DNA from: a virus
Direction: 5' to 3' (one strand)
Length of the DNA stretch: 64,000 nucleotides
Virus record (IMG/VR): IMGVR_UViG_3300044846_004119
Coordinates: 1-64,000 of that record
Below, piece after piece: positions 1-8,645 of this stretch (the stretch's first letter is position 1; each line of letters starts with the position of its first letter). The notes under the pieces are model-generated. The model did no database searches. It was not told the DNA's origin and worked only from the letters and a program-made list of their open reading frames with translations. Position numbers and translations under genes: made by a program.

Positions 1-740
1 AACTTCAGGTTCATCAGGTTCAAGTGGAACAAGTGGTTCTTCAGGAACATCAGGTACAAGTGGTTCTTCAGGAACTAGCGGAACAAGAGGAACTTCAGGT
101 TCTTCAGGAACTAGTGGAACATCAGGTACAAGTGGTTCATCAGGTTCAAGTGGAACAAGTGGTTCTTCAGGTACTAGCGGAACTTCAGGTTTAAGTGGAA
201 CTTCAGGAACTAGCGGAACATCAGGTTCAAGTGGTACTTCAGGTACGAGTGGTTCTTCAGGAACTAGTGGAACTTCAGGTTCATCAGGTTCAAGTGGAAC
301 AAGTGGTTCTTCAGGAACATCAGGTACAAGTGGTTCTTCAGGAACTAGCGGAACAAGAGGAACTTCAGGTTCTTCAGGAACTAGTGGAACATCAGGTTCA
401 AGTGGTACTTCAGGTACGAGTGGTTCATCAGGAACATCAGGTACAAGTGGTTCATCAGGTTCAAGTGGAACAAGTGGTTCTTCAGGTACTAGCGGAACTT
501 CAGGTTCAAGTGGAACAAGTGGTTCTTCAGGAACTAGCGGAACTTCAGGTTTAAGTGGAACTTCAGGTACGAGTGGTTCTTCAGGAACTAGCGGAACAAG
601 AGGAACTTCAGGTTCTTCAGGAACTAGTGGAACTTCAGGTTCATCAGGAACTAGTGGAACTTCAGGTTCATCAGGTTCAAGTGGAACAAGTGGTTCTTCA
701 GGTACTAGCGGAACTTCAGGTTTAAGTGGTACTTCAGGAG
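1..740 (+). repeat. Coding tandem repeat of 9-nt GGN-(ACN/TCN)-(TCN/AGY) units with higher-order blocks
   Basis: Gly at every third codon. The block ggaactagcggaacaagaggaacttcaggttcttcaggaactagtggaac recurs near 71, 341 and 584. Confidence 0.95.
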
Positions 741-1483
741 TATCTTTATCTGTTTCAGATGAAGGAACATTAGTAACCGCAGGTGTAACATCAATGAACT
801 TTGTTGGTACAGGTGTTTCAGTTACAGGTACAGGTACTTCAGTTACAGTAACTGTAACAGGTGGAGGAGGTAGTGGAACTTCAGGAACAAGCGGTGGCGG
901 AGGCGGTGGTGGAGGTGGAACTTCAGGAACTAGTGGAACTGGATTTAACACCATTTCAACTCCAAGTGATAATAGAGTATTAACATCCGACGGTACTACA
1001 AATGCTGCCGTCGCTGAAACTTATTTAACTTTTAGTTCAGGTCCGCCTAGTGTTTTTACAATTACCGGTTCAATGGTTAATATTCATAACCCAATTGCTC
1101 AATTATCCGGAACCACTGGTGGTTATGGTGATATTGTGACATTTGGTACTGGAGCAAGTTTAACGGCAGGAAAAGTTTATTATTTAAATACTTCACTTGC
1201 GTGGACTTTAACCGATGCAAACGCGGCATCAGGTGCTACAGGAATGTTAGGGGTTGCTTTAGGTACAACAGTTTCGGATGGACTTGTAGTTAGGGGTTAT
1301 GTTAAAAACGCGGCATTTACCTCAACGGACGGAAAAATACTTTACCTTTCCACAACAACTGGTGATTTAACATCAACCGCCCCTTCAGGAGCTTTAGACA
1401 TTGTAAGGATTGTTGGTTACCAAATAAGTGCATTATATGATATAATTTACTTTAATCCTTCAAATGATTGGGTAGAAATTTAA
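2..1483 (+). CDS. 5'-truncated collagen-like (Gly-X-Ser) fibre protein with C-terminal globular domain
   Basis: Frame 2 reads TSGSSGSSGTSGSSGTSGTS... with no stop from nt 2 into the tracked ORF 794..1483 (same frame; linker LSGTSGVSLSVSDEGTLVTAGVTSM). The C-terminal WTLTDANAASGATGMLGVALG...LYLSTTTGDLTSTAPSG...VRIVG...IYFNPS domain is typical of phage fibre/decoration tips. Confidence 0.85.
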   Translation, partial: TSGSSGSSGTSGSSGTSGTSGSSGTSGTRGTSGSSGTSGTSGTSGSSGSSGTSGSSGTSGTSGLSGTSGTSGTSGSSGTSGTSGSSGTSGTSGSSGSSGTSGSSGTSGTSGSSGTSGTRGTSGSSGTSGTSGSSGTSGTSGSSGTSGTSGSSGSSGTSGSSGTSGTSGSSGTSGSSGTSGTSGLSGTSGTSGSSGTSGTRGTSGSSGTSGTSGSSGTSGTSGSSGSSGTSGSSGTSGTSGLSGTSGVSLSVSDEGTLVTAGVTSMNFVGTGVSVTGTGTSVTVTVTGGGGSGTSGTSGGGGGGGGGTSGTSGTGFNTISTPSDNRVLTSDGTTNAAVAETYLTFSSGPPSVFTITGSMVNIHNPIAQLSGTTGGYGDIVTFGTGASLTAGKVYYLNTSLAWTLTDANAASGATGMLGVALGTTVSDGLVVRGYVKNAAFTSTDGKILYLSTTTGDLTSTAPSGALDIVRIVGYQISALYDIIYFNPSNDWVEI

Positions 1484-1493
1484 TAAATAAACT

Positions 1494-2009
1494 ATGATTA
1501 GAACAGTTGAAGGTCAAACTTATAATCCACCAAAAGAAGGGTTAATGAGTAGCTCAGGTCAAACAATAACTTTTACCGAAGCGGTTATTGATAGTGTTCT
1601 AATACCAGCTAACACATTTGCGCAATATGATATAGTTGATATACTTAATAGAGTGGTAAAAACTGGCACAAATCAAAATGTAATTGTTAAAATCCGTATT
1701 GGCCCATCTATTAATACTTCACAAACTTTAGTTGGTACAAGTTCACAAGCGGGCACAGTTAACGTATTAACACCAATATTTCGAAGATTGTTTATTCAAA
1801 ATGTTAGTAATTCAACATATGTATTAAATGAAGGAACGACTTACACCGGGGTGATAGACCTAAGTCCTTCCATTGCATACAGCAACATCACCACTATAGA
1901 TTGGACTGTAGATAATTATATTATTATTACAATAATTTCGAGTACAGCAGTAACTGTATTTCCTGCAGACGTTGAATGGTCAACATATATTGTAACAAAA
2001 TTAGTTTAA
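1494..2009 (+). CDS. Hypothetical beta-rich structural protein, paralog 1 of 3
   Basis: 171-aa ORF; shares TE.VI.SVLIP.NT...D......R..KTG.N pattern with the next two ORFs. Confidence 0.7.
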   Translation: MIRTVEGQTYNPPKEGLMSSSGQTITFTEAVIDSVLIPANTFAQYDIVDILNRVVKTGTNQNVIVKIRIGPSINTSQTLVGTSSQAGTVNVLTPIFRRLFIQNVSNSTYVLNEGTTYTGVIDLSPSIAYSNITTIDWTVDNYIIITIISSTAVTVFPADVEWSTYIVTKLV

Positions 2010-2010
2010 T

Positions 2011-2502
2011 ATGATAAGAAAACGAAATGGTAAATTATTAAGAATGGCTCAAAATGGGACAATTGGTACCTCTTTTGCTTGTGCAACTGAAACGATTATA
2101 GGTTCAGTTGATTTACCTCCTGATTTTTTAATTTCAGGGGCAATAATTTTAATCAGAGCTAACTTTATAAAAAGTGGGGCAAATAACCAAATAACACTAA
2201 AACTTTATTTTAATACATCGGAAAGTTTATCTGGTGCATTATTATTAGCAACTGGTGGGTCACCATCAACAACTGATTTATCCCCATATATATATAGAGT
2301 TTTTTGTTTTGATAGCTCATCAACCGCAAAGGGTATGTTTTCAACTGCTAACTTCTTTAATGATATAGGTGACTTTGCAACAACTGTGAGTTCATTTTCA
2401 TTTACAGATTGGTTACCAAGAGGTGGTAAGTTTTTTATTACAGGACTTAGAGCATCCGGTACGGATACCATAAAATCATTAGGAATAACAATAGAGGTAT
2501 GA
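2011..2502 (+). CDS. Hypothetical beta-rich structural protein, paralog 2 of 3
   Basis: 163-aa ORF; TETIIGSVDLP...IRANFIKSGANN...LYFNTSESLSGA. Confidence 0.7.
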   Translation: MIRKRNGKLLRMAQNGTIGTSFACATETIIGSVDLPPDFLISGAIILIRANFIKSGANNQITLKLYFNTSESLSGALLLATGGSPSTTDLSPYIYRVFCFDSSSTAKGMFSTANFFNDIGDFATTVSSFSFTDWLPRGGKFFITGLRASGTDTIKSLGITIEV

Positions 2503-3002
2503 ACACAAAAATAAACGGAAAGGGAATGAATAGTATTTACAACACAACTCCCGTAACTTCATCCGGTACGACGAGTCAAGTAATTATGCAATCTTTATTA
2601 GTTCCAGGAGGTACATATACATCAGGAGATTTAATTCAAATAACAAGTTTATTTTCTAAGACTGGTATTGGTGGAACAAACGGTTATACGTTTTTTGTTA
2701 ATACATCAGTATCTGTTTCTGGTGCTAGTCAAATAGCTGTGCGCGGTACCGCAACAGGAAATGGGTTTGCTTTTTTTAGTAGACATTTATTTATTTACGA
2801 ACAAACAGGAACAGGAACAGGTACTCTACAAGGAACAGAAACATTTTCTAGCACATTTCAAATTGCTAGTGAATATGTTAGGGGTCGAAAAACAAATACA
2901 AATATTAATTGGGTAAATGACGTTTATATCTTTGCAACTTGTCAATTAACTAGTGCATCAGATAGTGTTTCTCAAATATATATGAAAATATGGGAATATT
3001 AA
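2499..3002 (+). CDS. Hypothetical beta-rich structural protein, paralog 3 of 3
   Basis: 167-aa ORF, ATGA-coupled to the previous gene; SQVIMQSLLVPGGTY...FSKTGIGG...FFVNTSVSVSGA. Confidence 0.7.
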   Translation: MNTKINGKGMNSIYNTTPVTSSGTTSQVIMQSLLVPGGTYTSGDLIQITSLFSKTGIGGTNGYTFFVNTSVSVSGASQIAVRGTATGNGFAFFSRHLFIYEQTGTGTGTLQGTETFSSTFQIASEYVRGRKTNTNINWVNDVYIFATCQLTSASDSVSQIYMKIWEY

Positions 3003-3026
3003 AATAAAAAAATAAAAAAATAAAAA

Positions 3027-3242
3027 ATGTTAAATGTTATAAAAATAGAAAATGGTCTTAATTGGAATAATGAAGATAGGTTTTTTACAAATGAACATTA
3101 TGAATTTGGTTATCAAATTGCAGATGCAATAAATCTAACAATAGAATTAGATAATCAAATTTATGGTATGTGTGTTGAATCGGCAACAATAGATGGTATT
3201 ACTTATAATACTTCCAATGATTTTGTTAATGCGATTTTTTAA
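3027..3242 (+). CDS. Small hypothetical protein
   Basis: 71-aa ORF with A-rich leader, last gene before the convergent operon. Confidence 0.6.
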   Translation: MLNVIKIENGLNWNNEDRFFTNEHYEFGYQIADAINLTIELDNQIYGMCVESATIDGITYNTSNDFVNAIF

Positions 3243-3244
3243 TA

Positions 3245-3619
3245 TTAACAATAATTTGAATATGATTTTTCCTCAACAAATAAGGAGCCATATTTTAAAT
3301 TAATTTCTTTTTTAATTTCGGCTCTTTTATCATTTGTTGTGTATACCGACCTAGCAAGTTCAATAAATTCAATATCAAATACTTTATCTCGTTCTTTATC
3401 ACGGATATCATCTTCAATCTTCCAAAGACTTTCATTAACTAATAATAAATTATTAAAATCGTCTGATTCAATTTTTAATTGATTAAATACGACATCATAT
3501 AGATAATCGTATTCTGTAATAATATTAAATAGTTTGGACTCTTCGGTAATATTGTTTTTTTTAATGTTTAGAATTGATAATTTATCAACTATTTCTCCAA
3601 TTGAAACTTTAATATTCAT
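3245..3619 (-). CDS. DUF6165-like protein
   Basis: VSIGEIVDKLSIL..K...L..VNESLWKIEDDIR..E....F...FIELARSVY.TNDKRAEIK.EIN..YGS...EEKSY matches the DUF6165 pattern. Confidence 0.75.
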   Translation of the reverse strand: MNIKVSIGEIVDKLSILNIKKNNITEESKLFNIITEYDYLYDVVFNQLKIESDDFNNLLLVNESLWKIEDDIRDKERDKVFDIEFIELARSVYTTNDKRAEIKKEINLKYGSLFVEEKSYSNYC

Positions 3620-6417
3620 TATAATAAATGTTGTATTCTATCAATAACCATTTGAGATGTTATTGATTTATGGCATTCAAACTGTCTTTCAGTTCCTTTA
3701 TGTTCAGGACACCAATTCCAATCACCTTTATCAAATTTAAACATTGGGTTATTCCAACATCCGTTACAAACTGAAGGATTCGTTATTCTTGTACAATTAG
3801 ATGTAAATTCATGGTCAGGTTCCGTAAAGTTAGAAATCATAACAACGTGTTTACCTAACGCCCATGATAACCATGATAAACCACTTGATAGTCCAATAAA
3901 GAATTCACTATGATGAATACAATTCATCGTACTCTCAATTGATGTGTCTTTTAATTTAGTAACACCATCCATACGGTTACTTTCTTTGGATACATTAATT
4001 ACTTTGTAACCTTTTGACGTTAGATAATCAATAAGTTCTCTCCACCCATTTGGGTTATTCCAATACTTAACACCCGCAGTTGATTCATTTGCGATAGTCA
4101 CATACTTCTCAATAAATGGTCGTTTAGATGGGATAAAATCAATTTTTGGTTTAATTTCGTTAAACTCTAAACCAATGATATTTGTTATTGCTTTTTGTAA
4201 TGGGATTGTATTTGGTAATTCGGGTTCTTTATTTGTATCATAGAACCACCCAATAGTATACATAGCAATTAAATCATGAGCTGTAGCACTTGGCTCGACA
4301 AATTCAAGTTCAGGATAAGAGTTTCTAAATAATTTATTCCAAAATGTTGAAACAATTACATGACAATTGTGTTTCTTTTTAAACTCTAAAACATATGGTA
4401 TCCAAGCAACACTATCACCGAGAGAACTAGAATCAAATGAAATGAATACTCTTTTGTTATCGAAATTAGGTTTATAACTATAAATTAACTCATCACCATC
4501 AAAAACTTTAATATCCCAATCAGTATAGTATTGTCTATTAAGTTTAGTCCACATGTTAGGTTTTAATTCGGTATTATAAATTAAATTACCGTTATCGTAA
4601 AACAGTACTTTATATTGTTTAACACCCGTTCCCTTTATTTCAAAAAATGGGTTATTAACAAAATGAACAGTACAATCAATCTTGTCTTCAATCTTAGGTA
4701 CTATCTTTTTGGTGTTGTTAATATTATCAACTAACAACATTTTTGTATCCGTTGAATTATACTCTTTTTTAATTAGTTTAGTTACCTCATACATTTTTAA
4801 CATGCGTTCACAAATAACCGACCAATCAAACTTCTCTCTATTTTTTAAAGTTTGGTCCACGTAGAAATTATAATTACTCATAATTTCTTGTATCCCATTT
4901 GCAACTGAATTAGAACTTAATTCTGAAACAATCATACCTTTAATTTTTTGGGTACCACTATAAGTACCAACAATTGGTATCCCGCAAGAAATCGCTTCAA
5001 GTAATGTTAAATTAGGATGACCCGCCTCTAAACAAGATGGGTGTAGAAAAATTGAATGCGATTTGTATAATTCTAATATCTCATCCTCATTTGGATTTGT
5101 TAATAATAGTGTTAATTTATCGTATTCTAATAAATCTAAATGGTGTTGGAAAAAGTTTTTATTGTTTTCGGGGCCAGCAATTGTAATTGGTAAATCTAAC
5201 ATTTTTGCCGCCTCAATCGCATATCTAAAACCTTTTCTATCATAAGATGCATCACCACCAATACCATTGTTTGCTAAACATAATAATTTATGTTCAGTTC
5301 GGTATGGTTGGTCAACTTTAAAAAAGTTAGTATCAACTCCGTGAGTTAAATAAAATAATTTATCTGTTTCATCAAAATAATCAATAAGAAATTCTGCATG
5401 ACAGAATGAAATTACTGACTTTTGAATGGCTTCTAAATTTTGTTTGTAATTAAATGAGTCTTTACCATTGTATACAACATGATGGTCATGTAATGAAAAG
5501 ATATAAGGTATACCTCTTTCGTAAGCTTCTAACGCTAAGTTAGCGATATGAATATGTATAATATCGGTATTATCAAGGTCAACTTCATTTAGATATTTAA
5601 TCTCAGAAGAATGTCCTAATAAATTTAAATTGTTGTGGTAATTGAAGATAATCTTCTCAACCGCCCCCCATCCATTTGGTGGAATAGGTATTACTCCTGG
5701 TGTTACTTGTGTTATTCTCATTTTAAATTTTTTTATCCCCCATTTTTTTTCGAATACTTTTTCCATTAATTTTGTTTTAAAGTATAGGTCTTCTTTTTTT
5801 ATTAGTCTATTGCTTTCTGAGGTTACATGATAAACCACAGAATTTTTTATTAATGCGTGTTTAATATTGTATTTATGTAATGTTAAACCATAATCATCAT
5901 CTTGACACCAAAAATTAAATCTTTCATCAAAATCACCTATAATGTCAAGAACACTTTTTTTAACTAAAATACACCATCCAAGAAGTTCAACCCCTGTGGT
6001 ATATCCTGTGTAAACATTACCTTCATTAAATAATCCATAATAGTATTTATTAAACCAATCAGGTTCAAATGGTGAGAATGATTTAATATTAGGGTCTGAA
6101 TGGTATTCAACCATTATGTTATCTAACCATTCAGGTGTAAAAACTAAATCATTATTAATTATTAAAACCCAATCATTAGTACAATATTTTAAACCAATAT
6201 TTAAAAATCGGTTATAGTGAAAATCTTGATTTAATTTGATGTAGTCAACATTTGGATAATCATAGATAAATGTTGAGTTGTAATTTGATTCAATTAGTTT
6301 AATGTTAAATTTATAATTACCATTTGTTAATGATAAGGTATCTATGGTTCTTTTAGTTAATTCATAGAATTCGGTATCATTAGTATTTGTTAAACAAATT
6401 ACATCAATATTAATCAT
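3619..6417 (-). CDS. Three-module glycosyltransferase: GT2-like + GT4 + Aah/TibC-type (autotransporter strand-loop-strand) O-heptosyltransferase
   Basis: N-term GT-A (LIINNDLVF, FDERF.FWCQDDD). Middle GT4 (IPPNGWGAVEKII...FLHPSCLEAGHPNLTLLEAISCGIPIVG). C-term SSSLGDSVAWIPY...KYWNNPNGW...FIGLSSGLSWLSWALGKHVVMISNFT...CNGCWN...WCP...FECHKSIT. Confidence 0.85.
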   Translation of the reverse strand: MINIDVICLTNTNDTEFYELTKRTIDTLSLTNGNYKFNIKLIESNYNSTFIYDYPNVDYIKLNQDFHYNRFLNIGLKYCTNDWVLIINNDLVFTPEWLDNIMVEYHSDPNIKSFSPFEPDWFNKYYYGLFNEGNVYTGYTTGVELLGWCILVKKSVLDIIGDFDERFNFWCQDDDYGLTLHKYNIKHALIKNSVVYHVTSESNRLIKKEDLYFKTKLMEKVFEKKWGIKKFKMRITQVTPGVIPIPPNGWGAVEKIIFNYHNNLNLLGHSSEIKYLNEVDLDNTDIIHIHIANLALEAYERGIPYIFSLHDHHVVYNGKDSFNYKQNLEAIQKSVISFCHAEFLIDYFDETDKLFYLTHGVDTNFFKVDQPYRTEHKLLCLANNGIGGDASYDRKGFRYAIEAAKMLDLPITIAGPENNKNFFQHHLDLLEYDKLTLLLTNPNEDEILELYKSHSIFLHPSCLEAGHPNLTLLEAISCGIPIVGTYSGTQKIKGMIVSELSSNSVANGIQEIMSNYNFYVDQTLKNREKFDWSVICERMLKMYEVTKLIKKEYNSTDTKMLLVDNINNTKKIVPKIEDKIDCTVHFVNNPFFEIKGTGVKQYKVLFYDNGNLIYNTELKPNMWTKLNRQYYTDWDIKVFDGDELIYSYKPNFDNKRVFISFDSSSLGDSVAWIPYVLEFKKKHNCHVIVSTFWNKLFRNSYPELEFVEPSATAHDLIAMYTIGWFYDTNKEPELPNTIPLQKAITNIIGLEFNEIKPKIDFIPSKRPFIEKYVTIANESTAGVKYWNNPNGWRELIDYLTSKGYKVINVSKESNRMDGVTKLKDTSIESTMNCIHHSEFFIGLSSGLSWLSWALGKHVVMISNFTEPDHEFTSNCTRITNPSVCNGCWNNPMFKFDKGDWNWCPEHKGTERQFECHKSITSQMVIDRIQHLL

Positions 6418-6418
6418 A

Positions 6419-7108
6419 TTAATAAACTGTTGAGTGTATTTCTAAATCATCTCCATGTTCTGAAGAATAATAATAGGTCGCCAATGATTTTCTATATTCT
6501 CCATCAGGACAATTTAATGGTGTTGGGTGACCATGCCAAGAATCTTTAGAAGTTCCAAAAATAATCATTCTATTAAAAGTTGGGTAAACTTTTTTAACAC
6601 ATACCCCACCGTCACTTGGTTTTTTATCCCATAATTCTAAAGCTCCTTCCCAACTCTCTTCCCAACCCTCATTAAGGTAAAATAAAACATTTAATCTTCT
6701 GAATTTAGAATCATCAAATGGTGCTCTACTAAAATCAATATGTATGTTTAATTTACCACCTTTAGGTATTAAATGAATACCACCACCATTAAAATTTGAG
6801 TCAGAAAATAAATCAGATATCCCTGTTAGTTCACTTAAAAAATTTACAAACTCATCTGAGTTTAAAAATGATAAGACTTGATAAACTTCACCACCTGACT
6901 CATCAATGTGGGAGATACCTGTTTTAATTTCTTTATCGTTTAAAAATGTTGAGACATTACCTTTAATAGATTTTAAATGCTCGGCATTATTAAATTTTTT
7001 AAGTAATTCACTATCAAACAAATCGTCAATGACGTAATGTTCAAACGGTGAATTAAACTTAAAAATTTCCTTATGTTTTAAAACAGTATTTAAATTTTTT
7101 TGTAACAT
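6419..7108 (-). CDS. 2OG-Fe(II) oxygenase, prolyl-hydroxylase-like
   Basis: GGGIHLIPKGGKLNIHIDF (HxD), RRLNVLFYLN..W...W.G.LELW, P.FNRMIIF...SWHGH, RKSLATYYY. Confidence 0.85.
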   Translation of the reverse strand: MLQKNLNTVLKHKEIFKFNSPFEHYVIDDLFDSELLKKFNNAEHLKSIKGNVSTFLNDKEIKTGISHIDESGGEVYQVLSFLNSDEFVNFLSELTGISDLFSDSNFNGGGIHLIPKGGKLNIHIDFSRAPFDDSKFRRLNVLFYLNEGWEESWEGALELWDKKPSDGGVCVKKVYPTFNRMIIFGTSKDSWHGHPTPLNCPDGEYRKSLATYYYSSEHGDDLEIHSTVY

Positions 7109-7120
7109 ATTATTTTTTTT

Positions 7121-7666
7121 TTATTTTTTTATCCCCCAAAAATATAAATCACAGGCACGAGATTCAAATTCAAAATTAAACTCAGTGAATGTGTTATTAA
7201 TATCCATTACCGCTCTAATATCATCTTCTGTTAAATTTTTATAATAATTAGCCCATTTTTCATCGACACCTTCCAAAAACGGTGCATCTGTTGGACTACT
7301 TCTTAAGGTGCCATGTTCAGCTCTACCTGTTGATGCACAAGTAAAAACCAATAACCCACCTGGTCTTAATAATTTAACCATATTTTGTAATGTTCTTGCG
7401 TAGAACATATCATGTTCAAAACATTCTGCAGATGTAACAACATCAAATAGAAATCCTGAATCATATAAGTGACCAGGACAAACAACATCAACGTTATTTC
7501 CCTTACCTAAATCTACACCCACATAATAAAATGGTTGCTCAAATGAATGTTTAATGTTCCCATTGATATCGAGAGACCCAATATCTAATACTTTAACGTC
7601 AGTAAAAAACTTTGGGAGGTGGTCTTTTACTCTTTTAAAAAAATCTTGTTGTAATTCGTGTGACAT
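7121..7666 (-). CDS. Class I SAM-dependent methyltransferase
   Basis: VLDIGSLDING, YVGVDLG.G.NVDVV, FDVVTSAECFEHD, LRPGGLLVFT. Confidence 0.85.
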   Translation of the reverse strand: MSHELQQDFFKRVKDHLPKFFTDVKVLDIGSLDINGNIKHSFEQPFYYVGVDLGKGNNVDVVCPGHLYDSGFLFDVVTSAECFEHDMFYARTLQNMVKLLRPGGLLVFTCASTGRAEHGTLRSSPTDAPFLEGVDEKWANYYKNLTEDDIRAVMDINNTFTEFNFEFESRACDLYFWGIKK

Positions 7667-7667
7667 G

Positions 7668-8645
7668 TTAATTAAATTCTATTAATCCTTTTTCTTTTAT
7701 TTGTTCTAAATTAGACTCGTTTAGTGTCATTTGTTTAACATACTCTAATGTATTACCTTCGTACACCTCAACAACTAATTTATCGTCCCTTAATGATAAG
7801 GGTGTATAAAACCAATGTGTAGGATAAACAATCTTATCCTCAACCAATTTATCATTAACTTTAACAACAACTCGGTAATTATAAGAATTCCTCTCCCCAC
7901 TATGACAATATAATATAGGGGTTGACGGGTCTTTAATGTTATGTAATACCTCAATCATAAAATTTTCAACTCTAAATAAGTTGATATCGCTTTCACTAAA
8001 GTATTCACTTGAGTGTTCATTAATGATTAAAAACTCATGTTCGTAATTGTGTAACTTTTGGAAAAACGCCAATTCTAATGTTAATGGCATTAAATGTTCA
8101 TACCACTCATTTTCATTTACTGGTAATTTTAATATCTCATTAAAGTAGGACGGTGTAATCCCGAATAGTTGTGTCTCATAAACATAAGACCCATTATCTC
8201 TATACTCCTCAGGTTTAAAGAAAATACATTTCTTTTTTTCCTCAACCATAGTATCAACCAATTTATTTAATTTTCTAACATCATTTTCCGAGAATAAATT
8301 ATCATTCTCAATAAAATAAACAAAATCGTATTTTTTTATATCCGCAAATTTAAACGCGTTAAACATATTTTGACAAATCGGTAACGAATGTCTTGAGTTA
8401 TTAACCGTTATGGAAAAAGAGTTAGTTTTAAACCAATAACATAGTGATTTATCTAATGGAGTAAGGGTTTGATTTTTATCATAGATATAATAATCAACCA
8501 TTAACTGTAGTTCAATTGATACAGGATAATGACTAACCAACATAAAATCAAAACCACTATCTTTTAGTGAATTTATTTCATTAATTAACACCTCTTCTTT
8601 TTTTGGTGTGTTTGGGTAAGCCCCTATAACAATTAATTTTTTCAT
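7668..8645 (-). CDS. Putative GT-A-like glycan-modifying protein (domain also present inside the next gene)
   Basis: IVIGAYPNT...LVSHYPVS...MVDYYIYD...YFIENDN closely matches the middle of ORF 8642..11329. Confidence 0.6.
   Translation of the reverse strand: MKKLIVIGAYPNTPKKEEVLINEINSLKDSGFDFMLVSHYPVSIELQLMVDYYIYDKNQTLTPLDKSLCYWFKTNSFSITVNNSRHSLPICQNMFNAFKFADIKKYDFVYFIENDNLFSENDVRKLNKLVDTMVEEKKKCIFFKPEEYRDNGSYVYETQLFGITPSYFNEILKLPVNENEWYEHLMPLTLELAFFQKLHNYEHEFLIINEHSSEYFSESDINLFRVENFMIEVLHNIKDPSTPILYCHSGERNSYNYRVVVKVNDKLVEDKIVYPTHWFYTPLSLRDDKLVVEVYEGNTLEYVKQMTLNESNLEQIKEKGLIEFN

Noticed and set aside
195-554. Tracked ORF MELQELAEHQVQ...
   Set aside because: Alternate-frame shadow of the Gly-Ser-Thr repeat; frame 2 is continuous with the downstream domain.
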